Source of the DNA: Enoplolaimus lenunculus
Lineage: Eukaryota
Direction of reading: 5' to 3'
Length of the DNA: 64,000 nt
Assembly (NCBI GenBank): GCA_030248215.1
Contig: JASANG010003345.1
Span: 124,001-188,000, forward strand
A program made the position numbers and the translations under genes. The notes under the pieces were generated by a model. It saw nothing but the letters and a program-made list of their open reading frames with translations. It was not told the DNA's origin and ran no database searches. Positions 37,266-48,267 of the stretch are shown here, in pieces; position 1 is the stretch's first letter, and each line of letters begins with the position of its first letter.

Positions 37266-38348
37266 AAAATTATAGTTGAAACGGAAACAGTGCGTAAACA
37301 ACAGGCTGAAAAAATTGAGGCAAAATTTTTTTGATGAAATGTTGCATAGTTTTTGTAACATTTTAGTGGAGGGCGCGACATTTCAGTACCTGATTTATGA
37401 TCAATGGTATATCCGGACGTTATTAAACGACCGAGATTCGGATACTTGTTGCTTGTTCTCTTCAAACAACCTTTCTGCTTTATAAGAGTTTTAAAATCTA
37501 TATATTAAAGTTTATATATTAACGCTGGAACGCCCTACATACGTATTTTGGCCAACTTACCAGTATTAATTTGTTTACAGTATTATTTCTAAGAACACAA
37601 ACGTGATTGTTCTCAGAAAAGAAAATTTGCATACAGATTGTTGTGTATTCACTAACTTTTGTGCATTGCGCAAACCTGGCTGAATAGTAAACTTTAAAGG
37701 TAGATACAAAAAAAATATTGGTACTGCGTTCAATGCCTATTTTAGCTTCGAAGTATTAACGACTTCAAAACGGTTTCAAGTGTTGCGGTTTGTACTGAAA
37801 TATTCTTATTTAAATTAATGACAACAGTTGGGACGGTGTGGTATTTATTCAAAATTCGAAGGCAATTTACCACCCTGTTTACTTAACCAAAAACGCGTTC
37901 ACTCAATTGAAAATTCTTTTTTTAGTTACCAGAAGTTGTATTAATGTATTTGAGTACAGGGGCATTGTATTTGACCAATGTCATCAAAGACGCCTCATCG
38001 AGCACCTTCCTGTGATCAATTAAGTTGTTTTGTAATAAAAGACATCGCCAATTTTTCTTCTGGTCATAGAGAAAGCAGAGAAAACGAAAATACTTCTTCC
38101 AAGGGTTTTGCGGAGTGACTGGTTTGCATATTTTAGGATCACAACTCAACGTTTGGCAACAGCACCAAGTGGTACAAGCAATTGGTAACTGTGTTAATTG
38201 TTGCATCTATGTGTATGCATTTATATATATAACTGCATAGAATTCAGATCTAATTTATCAAACAGAACTTAGGCGATCAAAACACGTGGTTAAACCAAAA
38301 ACTGTACGTTTAACTACACAAAATACTCAAAGTTCTAAAACAAACACT

Positions 38349-38925
38349 ATGTTGCAGTTAAAGAATCGAAGCGCAGTAAGCAGTTCATGGCCAGGAATGT
38401 ATGCAATTGTAATTTCCATAATTAGCTTAGCATCAACTATACAATCTGTTGCAATGAAAATTACTGAACCAACAAGCATTGCTGCCATAATAACGACAAC
38501 AACTGCAGTGACAACAATTGCTGCTGAACTCGTCCTTAATCCAGTCGGTGAAATTAACTTTGAGCAGTTATTAACACCAAATGTGACACCAATTCAACAA
38601 TTTAAACACGAAGCTGAACTGCGAGCAAAGATTCATGAACACAACGCCCTGATTGAAACTCGGCGGCTTGGTGGTGCGCCATGCAAGCCAGCGTCAGAAT
38701 GGTTTCAGTTTGGAAATAATGATTTAACAACCAACGCTCGAGATAAAAATGGCAACTGTTTGATATCGACGGAAGCGGATACGCTGGAAAGTTCATGGGA
38801 TGTGGATAATGTGAATTTAAGTAATGATCGCAACTATAATTGGGATTCAGTGAATTCGACGAATCGCACGAGTGGAGCTGGACGCCTGCAAATGTATGAA
38901 TGTGATTTGTCACCGCCTGGACTTA
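38349..38925 (+). CDS. GT7 paralog C exon 1
   Basis: ATG at 38349 aligns with the start region of A exon 1. Ends ECDLSPPGL with donor A|GTAAGT. Confidence 0.85.
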
Positions 38926-41900
38926 GTAAGTTTTTGTGATTATATAACTTAATATTCCAGACCGGCGATTACTCTAATTACCAAATACCACAAATGCTTT
39001 TCATAAGTCATTTGATTCATATTGTTTCAGCAACCAATTCTGGTAAAAAATTTTACAATTTGATTTTACAAATTTACTTGTACCACTACTACACCAAATA
39101 ACCGACCGCAAGAAGATATGTTAAGACCACAGTATTACAAAGGTTTACGTAGTGACTCGAATAAGAGGGTGTGGGGTAATAAGAGGAGAGTCCCCATTTT
39201 GAGTCCCAATCAATAGGAGTCCGTATATACCTAATAAGAGTTCGTAAGCGGATAGAGTCCCTAATTTCTAATTAGAGTTCATAAATGCCAATCATTTTTT
39301 ACGGTGTACTCATGACCCATTGTGAACCAAGGGCGGCAGGTATCCAATTTTTCGAACGCCCCACGATCAGAGACCCAAGTTAACATTTAATTATCAAATC
39401 TGTTCAATCTGATAATCTATTATAATGCCTTAAATAAGCAGTTCAAGAATGAATTACCTGTAGATATAATTCACGTAGTTGAACCTGTGACCCATAACCT
39501 TAAGTTGACCTATCAGATTTTCTTAAATTTTGACCAATTGACCTATAACCCAATGGCTCATTTCTAAATTTGCAATACGCTACGGTCCAAACGGAATTCC
39601 AGTTCCGGGTAAAATTTTCAAGGTGATTGCCTGTTGTTTCGTTCGCTTGCACTTTAATCTGTTTGTTTTTTCTTAGTATATTCTCAGATGTTTACTTGAA
39701 AAGCATCTAGCTGATCACATCATGCCGCGGTAATCAAAATGTGATTGTAATAGAAAACTTCAAGTGTTATCTTTGACCCGAGTCACAAAATTTAAACTCT
39801 ATTTCATTGCGGTAAGCGATGAATTTTAGAATCACAAATTTTCAAATATAGCTCGATATTTGTGGTTCAACAGTATCCTATTTTACGACAGTGACAAATA
39901 TTCATTTTGAGAGTTCTATACATAATTGTAACGCCTAACCTGAAATATGAAATATCTCCATTGAGAACTCGGAGACCACGTGACTGAGTTGTCTAAATCC
40001 ATTGTCTGCTGTCCTGTGACTATTTAATTTGGCCCTCGAGTGTTCGATTGTCTTAAATGTCGTTCTATTTTGCCTGCTCCAATCCTTTGTTGGATCAAAA
40101 ATGTATCTTTCCAGACTGGTAAACAGTGTGCGATAATATCAGTCTGTAGAATAAACTCTTGTGGACGTTTTCTATATCCAGCCCGCTAATTGCGGGAAAT
40201 GCTGCAGTGTTTGGTGTAAAGAACTGGTTAGACTTTTTACAATCCTCCCACATTTAAGCTTACAGTGTGGATGACGGCGGAAGCATACGTAAGCCTTTTT
40301 CTAAACTTAAACCGACTCCTAAGCATATACCCAAAAGCTTAAAAGTGTCAGCAAAAATATACAAATATTCAACTTGTTTATTGCTAGTTTTGACGACAAA
40401 AACATTATTAAAGTTTAGGTTATACCGCCCCGTCAATTAATTTAATAACGTTTTGTTGCAGTTCCCACGTGCACTATATAGGTTCCACAACGCACGCCAA
40501 TGTCGAAAATTGTCCAATTATTTTAATAGATAGCTAATTTACGAAGACTATCTAAAAATATAAATGTCTAAAAGTTTAGCTAGCTATAAAAATAACTTAC
40601 AAAGCAAAGCGAAATGGCAGAAATAGTGTGTGAAAAACATAACCCTTTTAAAATACAGTAAAAATTGTACGGTCAATGTTTCGATTTTGAAACGGTACGG
40701 TTTAAGAAAATTTGTAATTTTTCAAAGTTTGTTGCGGAAAGTTATATTTTGGCGAAAATATTCAAATGTTGGCGAAAAAATCTAAATTCAAACTGATAAA
40801 TTCATATTTTGACGGGAAATAAAAGTTTTGACGTGAACACTTAGACTTTGGCCGAAAATCCAAATTTTGGCAGGAAAATTAAAATTTTGTAGGAAATTCA
40901 AATTTTGGCGGAAAATTAAATTTTGGCTTGATATTTAAATTTAGGAAGGAAAAGTTTCATTTTAATGGGAGATCGAAGTTTTGACGGAAAATTTAAATTT
41001 TATCGTAAAAATTCAAACTTTAGCTGGAAAATTCAAAGCTAAGCAGTTTCCGTAAATTCTAATTTTGGCGCGACCCTGCCGTTTTTGTACTTGTTCTAAG
41101 AATATAACATGCAAAAAACAACATGCTAGCCAATTAGTGTGCAAATAATTATTTAGTGCGAGAAATAGCTAATTTTATTGTTAGTTTCCAATAATAACAT
41201 CTACATTTTTTGACAGTGACGTGCGCAATGTTACTAGATTATGCACAACTTGCAAAGTTTTGTGTTTGGCGAAAAGCCAATATGCCGTTTGGCTGTGCAT
41301 AACACATTTTGCTCGCCAGTAAGTTTTGTGTCTTTTGCTGACGAGCTATAAATGCACATTTCTATTTTATCAAGATTGGATCCTCAGTCTGTAGCGTGGC
41401 AGGCGTTTTTATCATTATTGCTCAATTATGTAAAAACTCAGCGCTCGTCGAGGAGAACTGTCGCGTCCTGTGAAGTATTTGTCGAGATTTTTCACTGTTT
41501 CAGAAGGTCCGGTATTTGCAGACGCCAACCACAGCCATTTTGTTAATTATTCGGTTGACACCATCCTTGCCGCGAGTCCCAATATTGTTCCTGGCGGCAT
41601 GTGGAAACCGCTGAACTGCATTCCAAGGCATCGCGTTGCAATTATCATTCCATACCGCGATCGTCACGAGCATTTAGCGACGCTGTTGGCGCATTTGCAT
41701 CCAATACTGCATCGGCAGCTGTTGTACTATAAGATATTTGTTGTTGAACAGGTAATGTTTTCGGTAGAAACGTTTTCATCTTAAATAAAAACTGTACTTT
41801 GAACAAGTATTTGAGTGCTCAGTCTTGACGGTCAGATGACAATTTTTCCGCTCCGATCTGGTATTTGTAAGTCCTGTAAAAACGGTTATTTGAGAATTCT

Positions 41901-44900
41901 ACAGTCTCAATTTGAAGGTTAAATATAGGCAGTGTCGTCTACTCCAGTTTTTAAACCAATGGGGGAAACCTTATTTGAGCAACAGGAAAAGCATCCATTT
42001 TCTGAAGCAGGCCCCCAAAGGTCATCACCTACGAGGGTTGTAAATCTACAAACATTTGTACGCATACTCAAGTGGACTGCATTGTATCTCCACAAGCGCA
42101 ACGTTTGATAGCTCACGCACTTTACCTGGACAAAAAATAAGTTCGGTATACAGTCGATAAAGGCGAAAATGAATCCGCCGATGGCCTGCAAATTCCCCAC
42201 CCCCCGTCAAATTGAGTGAAATTCGAAACAAATGGGAAGCAGCATTGCACAAATAGAAAGTCGAAAAGCAAAGGACACGAAGAACAAAGATGACAATGAT
42301 AATACAAACGAAGCCAAAGAAAAACAAAGCAACGAGAAATGTTACTGAAATCAAATATGCATACAGCTATTTTTATTTGAAAAACAACAACTGACGTGAA
42401 AGCGGTCAGGGTACAAAAAATAGCACTTCTTATAACCGAACCGTGGTACCCTGAGCTAAGGTGTAATATATGCCATGTGCTCAGAGTCCGACTCATCACA
42501 GGATCGCAAGCACAAGATCCTAGAAAAAATGTCGACACAGCACAGTGTATTAATTTTTAACCGTCCTGCTTATATCAGAAATTATCCTAGTGAGATAGAA
42601 AGTTTTCAGCTGAACAGCAAAGGCATGGTCACTTTCTTGCATCCATGTAGCTTTAAGCGTTCGGCCAATGTTACTTTAAAGGCCGTCCCATTTTTCCGGG
42701 ATAGAAATGTACCAGGAGTACCCATCCTCTTTTCCCGGGACAGCAACGTACCAGGAGTACATTCAAAAAATATAATTGGGAACGCGGGACAGTTGGGACA
42801 GATGAGACAGTGGGACAGATGTGACAGTTGGGACAGATGGGACAGTTGGGACAAATGGAACATATGGGACAGATGGGAGAGCGGGACAGATGAGGCAGAT
42901 GGGACAGTTGGGACAGAGGGACAGATGGAACAGTTGGGGCAGTTGGGACAGATGGGACAGTTGGGACACTTGGGACATTTGAAACAGATGGAACAGTTGG
43001 GACAGATGGGACAGTTGGGACAGATGGACAGATGGCACAGTTGGGACACTTGGGACATTTGAAACAGATGGAACAGTTGGGACAGATGGGACAGTTGGGA
43101 CAAACGGGACTGATGGGACAGTTGGGACAGATGGGACAGTTTGGAACAGATGAGACAGTCGGGACAGTTGGGACAGATGAGACAGTTGGGACAGATGGGA
43201 CAGTTGGGACAGATGGGACAGTTGGGACAGATGGGACAGATGGTACAGTTGGGACACTTGGGACACTTGGGACAGATGGGACAGTTGGGACAAACGGGAC
43301 AGATGGGACAGTTGGAACAGATGGGACAGTTGGAACAGATGGGACAGTTGTGACAGTTGGAACAGATGGGACAGTTGGGACAGATGGGACAGTTGGGACA
43401 GATGGGACAGATGGTACAGTTGGGACAGATGGGACAGATGGGACAGATGGGACAGTTGGGACAAACGGGACAGATGGGACATTTGGAACAGTTGGGACAG
43501 ATGGGACAGATAAGACAGTTGGGACAGATGGGACAGTGTAAACAGGAGCGTAATAAGTGTGCACTCCGGGTATATTTGTGTCCCGGAAAATTAGGACGTC
43601 CTTTATAGTAACATGGGCCAAGCGTTCTATCAAAGTGGGCTTAGGCTTGCGAAATGTCTACAATTATGCTTTATGAAGAACTCGTTTTACGCTCAAGTTT
43701 GATCTTATGCGTTAGCTGAGGTATATTGTCACGGTTTGGTTAATGATAGGTTTTTAAAGTTAACATTTACTATTTCTGTTATAGTTTGGCACAGACACAT
43801 TCAACAAAGCGCGAATAATGAATATTGCATTTATGCACGCGTACGAGCAAGACACACGATGGGATTGTGTCATTTTTCATGATGTTGATCTAATTCCTGA
43901 AGATGATAGAAATATGTACAGTTGCCCTGAACAGCCACGACATATGAGCCCTGCGATTGACGAATTTAATTATACGTAAGTTTTCACCGAAAAGGAAGAT
44001 GCAGGTGTAGTATACATGGGTTAAAATAAATAACAGTCCGTACCCGAATAACAGCGGGGGGTATCCTCTGGAAAGGCCAAATAAATATCAGTTCTCCGCT
44101 CTTATTCGGGTCACTACAGTATGCTATACTACTTTTACGATCCTGTTCAATACGTTGGCCCAAAAAAGTAATTCGTCGGAGTTAATCAAAGCCTAAATTG
44201 CATTTTAAAAGTCCGGATCTCAAAATCCTTGTTGTGAGTTGCGCTTGGCGTGTGTTTGCCAGAAATGTAGTTATATTTGAAATGTACTTGGTAATCTACT
44301 CTATACTCCTCGATGTGTTGCAAAACACAGGGTATGATGCTCACTAAAAATGTTCTTAAAATTAAGTAAAACTGTTGCCGAATTAAGTGCCGGTTTTAGT
44401 TACTATGGTGCTTGACAAAGTTTTACTTAATTTTAAGGAAACACAAAATTGTTAGCTTTACATTTACTTAATTAATCAGAAAATGACAGCAGTAGTTTTA
44501 ATTATACATTATTTAAGCAAAGATTTGCTCACTATTTGGTACACTTCTACTTAAAATAGCTAGTAAAATTTAACTAAAGTGTTTTAAGTAGAGTGGTTTT
44601 ACAGAGTGGGGAATATTTTTAGGCACAATTCATTATTTTTAAGGAATCCATACGAAGCGTTGGTTGGTGGAGTCCTTGCGATACGGACCAATCATTTTTT
44701 CATGGTCAACGGGTATTCAAACTTATACTGGGGATGGGGCGCAGAAGACGATGATTTGGCGGCGCGGTAAGCGTTTAAAGTATTCACATACCTTAATGCA
44801 GTGGCATATTTAACCAGGAGAGTACACTAAGAAAACCCACACCTGCTACATTAACTTTGACAAAATTTATTTCTCTAAATATGTTTGAGCAACCGCTTTC

Positions 44901-46287
44901 TATTAACCAAAATATTGTCTACGCTTATGTAGCAGACAGATTAATGAATACTATGCACCGCTTCAATACTGCTACTTTTACGCAAATTGACTGTGATTAC
45001 ACAGCTGTTGCGTTTCGCTATTTTTAACAGGCGTTAATTTTACAGACAGATTTATTTGTTTTAGCATTATTCAAGTTGGCCTTACAATTATCCGTCCACC
45101 AGCTCAAATTGCTCGCTACAAAATGATTCAGCATACTAAACGACCTCCAATCGATTACACAGTAAGGTAAGTTGACGTTTTGTTAAGTATTTTGTATTTT
45201 TATTTCAAATCCATTCCACAATTTTACCCAATACGCCCATTTTGGGGACTTAACGACACATAGCGGCCCCTCAACGTAATAATTTGTGCGTTATACCTTC
45301 CATCCAAGAGTAATATGCTTCTGACTACCAGCAGCATAAATTTATAAACATACCGTTATTAGCAAATCCGGAACCAACGGCGAGCCGGGCGGAGGCTCAG
45401 TTTACTTTAGTAATTTTGGGTCCCTTGTAATTTTTACGAAATCAAAAATATGCCGCTGTTAATATTGTTTTAGCTCCCATACCCTAAAGCAAGTTGAGCT
45501 GCCCATGCACATGGTTCTTTGATAAACATATTTGGTTCATGATAGTCCATTTGGGGTTTTTCCGTTATTCCCCCAGCATGCGTTTTCCCAAAAATGGTTC
45601 GATTTTGAAAATTTTTGCATATTTTATCTTATCACGACCTCTCTCAATCATTCCTCGCCTACGAGTCAGCTCCACACGCTACATCGAACGGTATATAACT
45701 CGTCTAACTTTTTGACAAAAAATTTTTGGGTTCCAAGGGGGACATTGGAACCTTAAAAATCAAATTTTTCAAAAATTTAAATTTAAGCATGGAATGATCA
45801 TGGGAGGTCATGATATGCTCTATTATGCAAAAATTTTTCAAATCCAACGATATTTGGGCAAACGCGGGCTGGGAAGCATAACGGAAAAGACCCCAAATGC
45901 AAACGTTTAATTGTTGAACGAAGAGTGTCACTATGGTTGCCTGAAAGTACAGCATAAATGATTTTCGAGCCAAAAATCTATTTCTGATTCCGTTTGACAT
46001 ATCGATATTTATAGAACAGCCTACACACTTAAATTGCATCGATAGACAAAAATGCAATATTTTTCCAAATTACATAATACATAATACAGATTGAGTGTAC
46101 ATTTTCGCTATCTTGATCAATATACGTGTCTCCGATAGTTTGATTATTGTTATTATTATTATTATTATTATTGTTGTTATTATTATTATTATTATTATTA
46201 ATATATTATTATTATTATTATTATTATATTATTATTGTTATTATTATTATTATTATTATTAAATCATTATTATTATTATTATTATTG

Positions 46288-46348
<61 letters not shown>

Positions 46349-46550
46349 CCGTTTTCCTATTTTGTAATGACCGTTTGTATTCGGTTCGTTGCGTTTCAGA
46401 ATGCGTCTGTTGTACAACGGATTGGAACGCTACACAAAGGATGGTTTGAATAGTTTGGCAAATTTAAATTTCAAGATCCTTTACGTCAAACGGCGGCCAC
46501 TATTTGAACACATTATGGTCGACATTGGCAAACCACCACGTGGATTTTGA
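38349..46550 (+). CDS. GT7 paralog C: beta-1,4-N-acetylgalactosaminyl/galactosyltransferase, BRE-4-like; join(38349..38925,41504..41751,43785..43975,44644..44766,45065..45166,46400..46550), 463 aa
   Basis: Exons 2-6 have the same lengths (248,191,123,102,151) and phases as in B. Frame is intact, with IIIPYRDR, FHDVDLIPEDD, WGWGAEDDD, KMIQH and DGLNSL. Stop TGA at 46548-46550. Confidence 0.92.
40740..41070. repeat. Degenerate ~20 bp tandem repeat (AAATTTTGGCGGAAAATTCA-like)
   Basis: Recurring TTTTGGCG/GGAAAATT units. A reverse-orientation relative lies at ~24880-25050. Confidence 0.6.
41504..41751 (+). CDS. GT7 paralog C exon 2
   Basis: TTTCAG|GPVFADANHSHFVNYSVDTILAASPNIVPGGMWKPLNCIPRHRVAIIIPYRDR...IFVVEQ|GTAATG. 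Confidence 0.93.
42663..43619. mobile_element. GG...CC MITE (~60 bp TIR, perfect 8-bp TSD) filled with a 9-bp minisatellite
   Basis: AAGCGTTC|GGCCAATGTTACTTTAAAGGCCGTCC...GGACGTCCTTTATAGTAACATGGGCC|AAGCGTTC. Confidence 0.88.
42786..43537 (+). repeat. G-rich minisatellite (GGGACAGAT/GGGACAGTT)n, about 80 units
   Basis: Directly visible alternating 9-mers over ~750 bp. Confidence 0.97.
43785..43975 (+). CDS. GT7 paralog C exon 3 (DXD motif)
   Basis: TTATAG|FGTDTFNKARIMN...FHDVDLIPEDDRNMYSCPEQPRHMSPAIDEFNY|GTAAGT. Confidence 0.95.
44644..44766 (+). CDS. GT7 paralog C exon 4 (may start at 44623)
   Basis: NPYEALVGGVLAIRTNHFFMVNGYSNLYWGWGAEDDDLAAR|GTAAGC. The homologous acceptor is AAG; an in-frame TAG lies 21 nt upstream. 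Confidence 0.9.
45065..45166 (+). CDS. GT7 paralog C exon 5
   Basis: TTTTAG|IIQVGLTIIRPPAQIARYKMIQHTKRPPIDYTV|GTAAGT. Confidence 0.92.
46144..46347. repeat. (TTA)n microsatellite
   Basis: ~200 bp of TTA with occasional TTG interruptions in the last intron of paralog C. Confidence 0.97.
46400..46550 (+). CDS. GT7 paralog C exon 6 (terminal)
   Basis: TTTCAG|MRLLYNGLERYTKDGLNSLANLNFKILYVKRRPLFEHIMVDIGKPPRGF*. Confidence 0.92.
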
Positions 46551-48118
46551 AACTCAAAAACACTCAAAATGAATGCGTTAAGTATTTTAAATTTTAATTC
46601 ATTCTTGCGGTTGATTGGCTAATTTTTTGTAAAACAGTTTAAAAGGCCAAGAATGTGCCAGCCAGGATTTGTTTCATAGGATCTGTGTCTCACGTATAGC
46701 ATTACGGTTTGAGCTTTTGAATCGGAAAATTCCAGGAATGATTTTTGAATGATTTTGTGCAATATTTTTGCCAGGTCGAATTATTTTGTAAGTCATCTGT
46801 GTAGAGAGCTAAAATTTTGGACATTATTTTTAGAGAGTGTACATAAATTAGCTAGGTATGCAAATTGTGAGACATTTTTTGACATTGTCGAGCGCAGTAT
46901 AACCTGGATGGTGCCATTATGGTACTGTTTCAAATTGAACTACAAAAATATTTTTGAGCGATATGGTGCTTCCGTATTTATACAATGGTTATTGCAAGTA
47001 ACAATTTAATCCGCAGGCTTTTGGTTGTGCAGATGTAATTCTACCCAGTGCTTTGTGACAGTGCTTTGTGAACCTAATAGAATATACTGAAACTCATGCC
47101 AGAAACGCATTTTTAGCAGATATGTGTGGGAAGAACTGCATAGGAAATGCACGAAAAAATATCGAGGGCAGAAAACGAAACCGGTGAGGTTACCACCAGG
47201 TACCGGGGCTTCTAACCGGTCAGTCTTTTAGTTAAAATAGTGGGGTTTTTAAAGTTTTCGATATTGGGAGGCCGACCACACCTGAGGATGCGCAGATTCA
47301 AAACTTGTCAGAAGTTGCATGAATTTGCCCAAAGTTATACGTTGTTGTGTGTTTATTGTCATGAGTTTGGAGTTGAACTCAATTACCTATACACCTGTAT
47401 TGTTTTCAAATCATTATTTCCTAGTTTTGGATTAACTTCATACGTTATGTTATACCTGCTCAGCTCAGAACACGTTTTATCCCTATTAGAATAGCGGGTA
47501 CCATTTGTCAAAATAAAAAAAGCAATAATCTAATGTAACAGTCACCGTTTGTACCGCAATGTCATGTGACTTCCCATGTATTGGCTGCGAATATCAGAAA
47601 ATATCTTTCAAAGGGTTCGCATATTTGAGGCAACATAACAAAATGGTACTGCTGAGTATTATATATTAGAATTTAAAATTTGAATTTCTTCCATTTAGAA
47701 ATATGTTTTGAGAAAATTTGCGTCGGAAACGGAAGTGTATGTGGTAAAATTCAGCGCTTCAAACCATTTACTACTTGATTTTCTCTCTTATTAGTGCGCA
47801 AAATTATATTGTACTGCATAATATCGTGTGATATTTGGTAGAATTTTAGAATATGATATGATATTCGCATAAATGTCCTGTGATGTCATTTGACATATGT
47901 CTACTTGTATACGATGATCACTAGAGAGTGATGGTCTATCAGTCAATGTCATGTGACAATCATATTTTGTCGCCATACTTGCCAGATCAAGATCACAATT
48001 CTAGTCGAAATCGTACCAACGTGGACAAAACATAATATAGTGTGATATTTGCTAGAATTTTAGAATATATGATATTCGCATAAATGTCCCGTGATATCAT
48101 TTGACATATATCTACTTG

Positions 48119-48267
48119 GATCAATGTTACTTTAAGGGGCGTAACAGTAGATTAAGCATATTCTTAAGCCTAAACCTAAGTCTAAGCAAAAAATGTAATC
48201 CAGATTCTAAACCTACTACCTTATAAATCCGCCAGAAACCTGGACGCCCCTTAAAGTAACATGGGCC
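48119..48267. mobile_element. GG...CC MITE with telomere-like cargo, inserted in one copy of a local tandem duplication
   Basis: Ends ..CAATGTTACTTTAAGGGGCG / CGCCCCTTAAAGTAACATGGGCC with flanks TCTACTTG/TCAACTTG. The empty site TCTACTTGTATACG is in the upstream copy at ~47900. Confidence 0.75.

Noticed and set aside
36984..37361. SLSLSL ORF, and likewise the poly-Leu/poly-Tyr ORFs at 46147-46453
   Set aside because: These are translations of TTAGGC and TTA simple repeats.
42475..43633. Long ORFs (GQMGQL, VPSVPT, CPICPN repeats) as collagen-like, antifreeze-like or metallothionein-like proteins
   Set aside because: Both strands are open in several frames because the 9-mer lacks stops. The array lies inside a TIR/TSD-bounded MITE in an intron.
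12287..46550. Assigning the symbol bre-4 to B or C
   Set aside because: Family and specificity residue fit, but one-to-one orthology cannot be shown without a phylogeny. The LVGGV variant may be a separate invertebrate GT7 clade.
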